64,000 bases of DNA from a virus (lineage: Duplodnaviria; Caudoviricetes): positions 160,001 through 224,000 of the IMG/VR virus record IMGVR_UViG_3300021254_000020. One strand, given 5' to 3'. Below, one piece after another: positions 56,965-64,000 of the stretch. Each line of letters begins with the position of its first letter. The stretch's first letter is position 1. The notes beneath the pieces were generated by a model that ran no database searches, was not told the origin of the DNA, and saw nothing but the letters and a program-made list of their open reading frames with translations. The translations under genes and the position numbers were made by a program.

Positions 56965-57558
56965 TTAGGCGAGCATGGCATCAAACCATGTCCAATCTTT
57001 CTTATAGTATTTCTTATCAGCGAAAACAGCTTCAATCGGTTTGATCTTGCCTTCTGAATAGGCAATCGCATCAGACTCTAATCTGCCCAATCCATAGATC
57101 CCCCATTTTTCATCTTTATGATATGCACCCATATCTAATCCATTGTCGATGATATACCGGAATTGCATACAGTGTCGATACTCATGTGCTATAGTTCTAT
57201 GGATACATTCTCTCAGCTTATCCGCAGAAATTCCAACACCAAGTGTAGTAGCCATCCATATAATGCTATTAGCTACTGTTTTTGGTATATTATTTGATTC
57301 TGAAATATCTTTTTGAAAATTGTAAATAATACTTTCTGGATAAAATGAAACACCGCATAACTCATCTGGGATATTTCTTCTATATGTTACTTTCGTATGG
57401 GTCATACCCATAGCTTTATAATTTCCAAAACAGAATCCAGATGAACTATGTTTATTATCTGGTAATCCTTCTCTAATCTCCACTTTGCATGGGAAATCAA
57501 AGTCTCTCAATTCCTCTGCAAAAATCTTTGCGATGTTTCTCTCATTTAATCTAAACAT
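56965..57558 (-). CDS. HExxH (zincin-like) protein
   Basis: IAHEYRHCMQ...LESDA. Confidence 0.6.
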   Translation of the reverse strand: MFRLNERNIAKIFAEELRDFDFPCKVEIREGLPDNKHSSSGFCFGNYKAMGMTHTKVTYRRNIPDELCGVSFYPESIIYNFQKDISESNNIPKTVANSIIWMATTLGVGISADKLRECIHRTIAHEYRHCMQFRYIIDNGLDMGAYHKDEKWGIYGLGRLESDAIAYSEGKIKPIEAVFADKKYYKKDWTWFDAMLA

Positions 57559-57560
57559 GA

Positions 57561-57869
57561 TTACTCCTCCTCCATTAAGCTATCAATGACGATTGACATA
57601 TGTTTGCTATCATTTGGATCATAATTCTTAATGTACTTCCATGGGTCTTCATATGGTGGTAAATAACATTGTTTCTTATTAACCCTCATATGATATGGAA
57701 TCCATCCCCTCACATTCCATGGACCAACACATATAGATATTTCCCTATGTTGGAAATGATCATCGATCTCATGCTTGAGATCTAAGAATACGGTTGGTCC
57801 TCCTAGAATTATTGCTACAATTATTAGGAATATGGTTCTAGGTATGAATTTGCTGTCCATCTTACTCAC
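57561..57869 (-). CDS. small membrane protein
   Basis: N-terminal TM helix. Confidence 0.6.
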   Translation of the reverse strand: MSKMDSKFIPRTIFLIIVAIILGGPTVFLDLKHEIDDHFQHREISICVGPWNVRGWIPYHMRVNKKQCYLPPYEDPWKYIKNYDPNDSKHMSIVIDSLMEEE

Positions 57870-57966
57870 CTCCTAATATGGACTTATTCACTACTATAAT
57901 ATATTAATAAAAAATAGGCAAGTTACAAAAATAAGGAGAGGCCAATTAAGGCCTCTCCCATTGATA

Positions 57967-58326
57967 TCATTTAGCTTCTCTCTCCATTATTTCTTTAAGT
58001 ATAACTTCCTGAATATTGTTGTAGTCATTGGTCTCTTCAAATATAGTACCAATAACAGCCTTATGATCTGGTTTAGATACATCAATTAGATTCTCAAATC
58101 CATCTAAAATTGGACCTATATCTGCCCATGTTAGTTTGTCATTACATCTCTTATTTATCTCATTTATGATATTAAGTATACGAGCTGCATACTCACTCAT
58201 AATCTGATGATATTTTAGGCTATGTTTCACATCATTCATTATAGATAACAATTCTTCTTTTGGGGTTGGCACTAGGTCTTCTACATTCAACTCCTTTTTA
58301 CTAAATAGATCGAACACTTTGGACAA
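57967..58326 (-). CDS. hypothetical protein
   Basis: TTG start after AGGAGG; early-type motif. Confidence 0.65.
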   Translation of the reverse strand: MSKVFDLFSKKELNVEDLVPTPKEELLSIMNDVKHSLKYHQIMSEYAARILNIINEINKRCNDKLTWADIGPILDGFENLIDVSKPDHKAVIGTIFEETNDYNNIQEVILKEIMEREAK

Positions 58327-58430
58327 TTCTCATTTCCTCCTAATAATATATTTTTGGTATACCACTTCTATAGTATATAACTGACAAAGGATTACCCTAG
58401 GGAATCAAATCCCTAGGGTAATATACAACC

Positions 58431-58847
58431 TCATACACGAATGACATATTCTCCAGGACCATAAGATTCTAGGGATGCGAATATTGGTAGATAACTATAA
58501 TGGGAGATTCGATTTAGAACAAAGCATTGTTCTTCATCAGTCAACAGATGGCGATACGTATTAAATTGATTTAATACATAATGAGTCCATACTGATGCTA
58601 GATCTCTAAACTCACGTACCTTATCACTACTATTAATAGTAGATAAGATATGAATAGCTCGATCTACTCCAATATCTATACCCTTAAGAATATACTGACT
58701 TCCTAATGTGAATCTAGATAAACTATCATTACTGAACATACCAGCTCTTAATAGCTTAATCTTAATAGTGCTCAGCATGTTTAAATCATTTCTCATGATA
58801 TCCGGAGTTTCATTAACGTAAGGTAAGTTTGTATACAACGTACTCAT
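58431..58847 (-). CDS. hypothetical protein
   Basis: Coupled to the resolvase gene. Confidence 0.65.
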   Translation of the reverse strand: MSTLYTNLPYVNETPDIMRNDLNMLSTIKIKLLRAGMFSNDSLSRFTLGSQYILKGIDIGVDRAIHILSTINSSDKVREFRDLASVWTHYVLNQFNTYRHLLTDEEQCFVLNRISHYSYLPIFASLESYGPGEYVIRV

Positions 58848-59563
58848 TCCTTCCTGAAATAGGTTACGTTGTCCGCATTTTCTACTCTTTTTACTACTGA
58901 ATCATACTGTATTCTGTTGTAGAGCATATTGAGGTATCTTAATGATATCTCAACTCTTGGTAGAATAGAATAGTATTTAGCCATACTAGATTCTATAACT
59001 AGAGCATCGTCTAGCCATACATTACCATTATACATATCACTATACTTCTTCTCTAAGTTATCAAAATCTGGTTTAGTAATTGGTCTAATCATTCCCAATT
59101 CTGCCAAGTAAGTATCAATCGCATTAAATTGACTAGGGGTGTGGATATATGCTTCGTAGTGTACAATACAAGGAGTATTAATCAGGTAGTCGGCCTCTAA
59201 TAGTTCTTGTTCAGATAATAACCGTTTCATAAAAGTTCTATCAGCATCACCAGTAATAGAATAAATCTGTATAAATCCAGGATTGGCTTTAGCTGCTGCC
59301 ACGGCATTACTACGCTTTATATATCTTGCTCTTGGTCTTGGTGCTCCTTCTGGTTCTTCGTATAGAATTATTTTTAGCTCCTTAGAGAATCGTAATGCAC
59401 CCATCATTTCGTTTCTCATTTTAAAAATAGTATCGGCCTTGGCTGGAGTTAGGTGTAGATGCTCATACATCCAATCTAGCCTTTGTTGATAGTCTCTAGG
59501 GATCTCGCTATACTTTTTAGCATAGATCTCTTCTTTTTGTTTTCTTGATTTAGATACTGCCAT
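58844..59563 (-). CDS. rusA: RusA-like Holliday junction resolvase
   Basis: PRPR, KPDFDNLEK..SD, WLDDALV, PRVEI. Confidence 0.85.
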   Translation of the reverse strand: MAVSKSRKQKEEIYAKKYSEIPRDYQQRLDWMYEHLHLTPAKADTIFKMRNEMMGALRFSKELKIILYEEPEGAPRPRARYIKRSNAVAAAKANPGFIQIYSITGDADRTFMKRLLSEQELLEADYLINTPCIVHYEAYIHTPSQFNAIDTYLAELGMIRPITKPDFDNLEKKYSDMYNGNVWLDDALVIESSMAKYYSILPRVEISLRYLNMLYNRIQYDSVVKRVENADNVTYFRKE

Positions 59564-59678
59564 ATATAGCTCCCTTTTTTAATATATTGACACGTATATC
59601 GAAACGCATCTTTACTATCCAGTATAATAAAAAATAAAAAATAGCAGCCCCAATACGAGGCTGCTACCCTTTTCTCTC

Positions 59679-59972
59679 TTAACGAGAAGCATAAGAGGAG
59701 TTCAACATCATTGCATCCTGCCAGATCTGAGGACTCAGTTCCTCATGATAGATAATCCTAAGACGTGCTTCATACAGCTTCAAGTTCTCGATAAGGGTTC
59801 CTTCATGGATCCACTTAATCAGTAACTCCTGTGTCTGCTGCTGAATGTGCTGTTTGGACTGCTCTTGCTGTCTCAGCATCTGAGTAGTAGCCTCGACATT
59901 CTCTCTCACCTTATCGCTTCCAAAATACATTGTGGCTGCCCCGGCAGCAAAACCAAACACGAAACCCAACAT
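59679..59972 (-). CDS. small protein with N-terminal membrane anchor
   Basis: MLGFVFGFAAGAATMYF; early-type motif. Confidence 0.7.
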   Translation of the reverse strand: MLGFVFGFAAGAATMYFGSDKVRENVEATTQMLRQQEQSKQHIQQQTQELLIKWIHEGTLIENLKLYEARLRIIYHEELSPQIWQDAMMLNSSYASR

Positions 59973-60062
59973 AAAAAATACCTCCTTTGATTATACGTAT
60001 AGAGACATCCTAATTGTCTCTATTCACTATTATAGTATATAATCAAAGAGAGGATTGACTTA

Positions 60063-62243
60063 TCACATTTTGTTTCTGCTGAAATTCCAGAAATTCTGAA
60101 CTAATGAGAATGTATTCTTAACTATATCTACTGGTACACTTACTATAGCATCTTGAAGTCTATTAGCACCTTTAATCATCCACCACAGTTCTAGTGTACG
60201 GCTCAAGCTGGCTGGTGCTACGTTTACTCCGCAGAGATTGGCTAAATAATCTAATTGAGCAGGATTGGAGAGAATAGTATTATTACTCTTACCCATAGAT
60301 TGTGTCATAACAGAATACAAGTCTTTTATAGATAGTTGCACTGTTATCTGAGTAGGTAAACCTTCTTGAGTCCAGCATCCCTGATCACCTTTAACTATTT
60401 CACAAGAGGTTACTATACCCATATCTATATGGAACATTGATTTATAGAATGCTCTAACTAGAAATGGGGAAATATATGTATTATCACCTGCACAACGAGG
60501 TAGGCAGAATCCCATAATATGAATTAGAGGAACTAGTATATTTAGGTATATTGACAATGGATCGCAATCTGGGGAGTCTAATTTGATAGTAACATTATAA
60601 CTTCTACCAAATTGAGAATCTGCCCAAATCTCTGGGAAATACATTCTACCACCAGCTAGTAGTGAAGTAATATTACCTACAATTGAATTGAACAACCCTT
60701 TACCATTACCTATTTTACTATCTTCTCCTGATAATTTGGAAGTAGCACTAGTAGTATCAGTCTTAGATCCTATTCCAGTGAGATCAGTCATTGATGATTG
60801 CAACCCACCCATTATAAACATTGCTTCCATAGCCTTATCAGAAATACCATTGATTTGTCCAGCTATACCTGATTGTCTGGTTTGAGTTCCTAAACTTTCT
60901 TGTACTTGAGCTTCTGAGTTTATATAGAATTGTACTGCTCCATGGTAGTACGATGCTATATTAAATCCTGAATTAAATGCCCAGTTGAATGACCCTAGTT
61001 TATCACCACTACCAACTTTCATAGCTTCATTATATGCTGAACCAAAAATTTCTCCAGATGAATTATCTCTAGATGCCGCATTAATACTAGGAACGCTTAC
61101 TTTATCTAGTCCTAAGAATGTAGCCACAGCTCTGCAAGCAGAATTAACGGTATAATAGTATTCTGATGATGCTAATTTGAAGGAGTAGTATTCTCCTCCA
61201 TTACCATTGATAATTTTTTCTAACTCATCACTACCAGTTATACCAACTATTGCTTCCCCTATCTTTTCTTTTGCACTATTAGTATATCCTCGTAGAAATA
61301 TAGCCTCACCAGGCTGCATAATCATAATAGGAGCTCTACTAACTATCTTCTCTCTATATTTTCTTCCAAACATCGTTAAATCGCTAGTAGCTTTTCTAAC
61401 ATCGTTTGCTGGGCGAAGATCTGTACTGGGTAAGAATTGATATGGCATACCAAATACATGTCTGATATCACCATCTTTAAGATTCAAAGCTGCTTGCCTA
61501 TATGCAGCAGTGGATCTATCTCTTAGCATATCCAATTCTTCCATTATAGAATTACTATATTTCTCTCGTTCCTCCATATCTTGTCTTTCAAACTCATTAT
61601 AGGTTATTCCACTAGCACTACCATTACTAACAGCGTTACCTAATTTGGCATCAGTAGCTTTCATAGTATACGTCTTGCCATCTTTCTCAAATGTGATATT
61701 ACCATTCTCATCAGGACCGCTGGTTAAAATACTCATATTATTAGAATCAGTTATCCCAATCTCTTCTGCTGTATAAGTAGTTCCATCTTCTGCTACTACC
61801 TGAGCATTTTTATTGGTAGATATGATTTCTGAACCATTGATGCTATCTGAGCTATTTGCCTCTTCTTGTTTAGCAGTATCACTGTCTGCAGGAATACCAT
61901 CTGTGGTTGTGGATGTATCAACAGTAGCTATACCAACCTCTTCTGTATCTGGAATTGATTCGCCATCGTATATTGGATTACCATCATCATCTAATATAGG
62001 ATCTGAAGTAAATCTCATCATTCTTATTTTAGGAATTGCTTCTCTATAGTTAGCTGGGTCTTTATCTATACTTAGATCATTAGTCTTAAATATATAATTA
62101 CCAGCAGAGGTTCTCAACCAACCTGCTTCTTCTGCTGCTACATATACTAGCTTATTCTTGCCTATTACATTTATTACTCTAGCATCACCGCTAGGTGTTT
62201 GTCTAACAAGTACCGGTGCACCAGTAACCTTATATATTACCAT
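60063..62243 (-). CDS. putative virion structural protein with N-terminal SH3b-like domain
   Basis: VLVRQTPS..ARVI..I......GWL....YI; C-terminal FGMPYQF, FPEIWADS, SPFLVRAF; late-type motif. Confidence 0.6.
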   Translation of the reverse strand: MVIYKVTGAPVLVRQTPSGDARVINVIGKNKLVYVAAEEAGWLRTSAGNYIFKTNDLSIDKDPANYREAIPKIRMMRFTSDPILDDDGNPIYDGESIPDTEEVGIATVDTSTTTDGIPADSDTAKQEEANSSDSINGSEIISTNKNAQVVAEDGTTYTAEEIGITDSNNMSILTSGPDENGNITFEKDGKTYTMKATDAKLGNAVSNGSASGITYNEFERQDMEEREKYSNSIMEELDMLRDRSTAAYRQAALNLKDGDIRHVFGMPYQFLPSTDLRPANDVRKATSDLTMFGRKYREKIVSRAPIMIMQPGEAIFLRGYTNSAKEKIGEAIVGITGSDELEKIINGNGGEYYSFKLASSEYYYTVNSACRAVATFLGLDKVSVPSINAASRDNSSGEIFGSAYNEAMKVGSGDKLGSFNWAFNSGFNIASYYHGAVQFYINSEAQVQESLGTQTRQSGIAGQINGISDKAMEAMFIMGGLQSSMTDLTGIGSKTDTTSATSKLSGEDSKIGNGKGLFNSIVGNITSLLAGGRMYFPEIWADSQFGRSYNVTIKLDSPDCDPLSIYLNILVPLIHIMGFCLPRCAGDNTYISPFLVRAFYKSMFHIDMGIVTSCEIVKGDQGCWTQEGLPTQITVQLSIKDLYSVMTQSMGKSNNTILSNPAQLDYLANLCGVNVAPASLSRTLELWWMIKGANRLQDAIVSVPVDIVKNTFSLVQNFWNFSRNKM

Positions 62244-62325
62244 TGGGATCCTCCTCCCTATCTATTTCAATTACAGCAATGTCAGGGGTAGCGGAATTTA
62301 CCGCTACCCCCAACTAATTTGTGTG

Positions 62326-64000
62326 TTATTTAGGTTCTGATATCCAGTCTAGTGATTTTGCAATAGGAGTATAGGACTTACCGTTCAGCTCAGCCATATA
62401 CCCACTATTACCACCAAACACACTCATTCCAGGAACATTGGGAGTGGTTTGTTTAGTAGTTCCTTGTCCATTAGCAACGATAGCCTTAAGGATACCTTCT
62501 AATAGACTATTAGTTTTCTTCTGTTCTTCTAGCAACTCAGTAAAGTTAGTAGGAGCTTCTGCTACCTTCTGGGTAGCTGTAGTTCTCACAGGAACTCTGC
62601 TTGCTCCAGTAACCTTGTTTACTGTTGTAGAAGTATTAGTAGTGTCTTCTTCACTAGTTCCGCTAGATTCATCTCCTATAATCATCGATGTATTAGACGT
62701 TTGACTCTTAGCTGTGTTACCAAGATTTATAGCCTCCTGCATAGATGCTCTAGTAGGATTGAAAATGTTAGCAATATTATTGAAGATTTGAGAGAATGGA
62801 TCCATAGGTCTACCAGTCTTTGCTGTAACTTTGGCTTTCTCTCTTGGAGTTAGTTTCTTGGTATACCTCTTATCTTTAGATAAAATATCAATAGCTTGCT
62901 CTTTGGTATAACCTTGTTTGAGTAGATAATCTACATCGTTCTTCGTATATGGTAAACCATTAGGACCTACTCCATATGGAGCAGTCTTGTCACCATCTTT
63001 TGAAGTTTTCTGAGTATACCTCTTATCTTTAGATAGAATATCGATAGCTTGCTCTTTGGTATAACCTTGTTTGAGTAGATAATCTACATCGTTCTTCGTA
63101 TATGGTAAACCATTAGGACCTACTCCATATGAAGCTTCTGTCTCAGTAACCTTGGCATTCCGATTAGCTCCAGAGAATATATCCCTTACAGTACCAGCAA
63201 TTCTATTGAACCATCCACCAATTCCTCTTTGCTTTTTGGCATCAGATTTTGAAGTTTTCTGAGTATACCTCTTATCTTTAGATAGAATATCGATAGCTTG
63301 CTCTTTGGTATATCCCTGTTTGAGTAGATAATCTACATCATTCTTAGTGTATGGTAAACCATTTGGACCTACTCCATATGGTGCCTGAGTAGTAGATTCT
63401 TCCCTCTTACCCCCAGAGAAGAAGTCTCTTACAGTACCCGCAATTCTATTGAACCATCCACCAATTCCTCTTTGCTTTTTGGCATCAGATTTTGGTTTGT
63501 CTTTAACAGCTTCTTCCTTCTTCTGTTCTGCATTAGCAGGATTTGGAGTAGGACCAGCCGCTTTCCCTAAGATTGTAGGATCAGAGAACTCTGTTGCCTT
63601 CTTCGCTTCTGGTTTGATAACCTGAGAAGGAGGAACAGGTTCTGCTTTTGGTACTGGAGGTACTGCAGCAGCAGTCTTAACTGGTTCTTGTACAGGCGTA
63701 GCCTGAGCAGCTGGAGCTTCCTTGATGAAGGCCTGTCTTCTCATCTTAGTAAGAGTAGATTCATATACTCCATTATTGGTCGGATTAGCACTAGGAACTG
63801 TAGGTTCTGCTTTGGGAACTTGAGGAACAGCGGCAGGTGTTGCTGATTTATTAATAAATGCCTGTTCTCTCATCTTAGCAAGATTCGACTTATATACTCC
63901 GTTATTTGCAGTATCAGATGTTGGAGTATTAGTAGCAGGAGATGCTGTCTGAGCTTGAGCTGCTGTACTAGCTGGTGCAATTGTAGGAGATACAGTAGTT
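62326..64000 (-). CDS. C-terminus of a large repeat-rich protein (possibly tape-measure/lysin-like), partial
   Basis: Frame stays open to the window end; 3x 39-aa and 2x ~23-aa repeats; A/P/T-rich linkers. Confidence 0.6.
   Translation of the reverse strand, partial: TTVSPTIAPASTAAQAQTASPATNTPTSDTANNGVYKSNLAKMREQAFINKSATPAAVPQVPKAEPTVPSANPTNNGVYESTLTKMRRQAFIKEAPAAQATPVQEPVKTAAAVPPVPKAEPVPPSQVIKPEAKKATEFSDPTILGKAAGPTPNPANAEQKKEEAVKDKPKSDAKKQRGIGGWFNRIAGTVRDFFSGGKREESTTQAPYGVGPNGLPYTKNDVDYLLKQGYTKEQAIDILSKDKRYTQKTSKSDAKKQRGIGGWFNRIAGTVRDIFSGANRNAKVTETEASYGVGPNGLPYTKNDVDYLLKQGYTKEQAIDILSKDKRYTQKTSKDGDKTAPYGVGPNGLPYTKNDVDYLLKQGYTKEQAIDILSKDKRYTKKLTPREKAKVTAKTGRPMDPFSQIFNNIANIFNPTRASMQEAINLGNTAKSQTSNTSMIIGDESSGTSEEDTTNTSTTVNKVTGASRVPVRTTATQKVAEAPTNFTELLEEQKKTNSLLEGILKAIVANGQGTTKQTTPNVPGMSVFGGNSGYMAELNGKSYTPIAKSLDWISEPK

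Noticed and set aside
640-62704. Many short opposite-strand or nested ORFs in the track (e.g. 6048-6518, 40652-41140, 51835-52467, 53694-54269)
   Set aside because: Shadows of longer RBS-led genes with atypical composition
1-64000. Stop-codon reassignment or a nucleus-shell (chimallin)/tubulin gene
   Set aside because: Genes are full length under code 11 and end in all three stop codons; no recognisable shell or PhuZ motifs here, though they could lie outside the window

Overview
AT-rich segment of a jumbo bacteriophage of the phiKZ/AR9-PBS1-like type, probably infecting an anaerobic Bacillota host (inferred from GGAGG Shine-Dalgarno sites and a B12-dependent class II ribonucleotide reductase). 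It carries two split multi-subunit RNA polymerase beta-prime subunits, NrdJ, a RusA-like resolvase, two RNase H-like genes, a kinase-like protein, a Tad2-like protein, virion structural genes and many small hypothetical genes. Two promoter-like motifs recur: RTATAYTAT before early-type genes and (G/A/C)ACA-N6-TA before late-type genes. Two loci stand out. (1) The catalytic DxDGD motif of the RNAP beta-prime-N gene appears split into three exons. A ~16-nt micro-exon (YDGDC) sits between an HNH-encoding group I intron with non-canonical junctions and an ORF-less group II intron. (2) A ~540-nt candidate ncRNA closed by a terminal stem contains an atypical tRNA-like domain and six copies of a TGATA-core motif. 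The same 12-mer lies just upstream of the RBS of a nearby DIP1984-like coiled-coil gene, suggesting an RNA-binding protein/RNA-sponge module. All protein family calls come from motif recognition by eye; no database searches were run.
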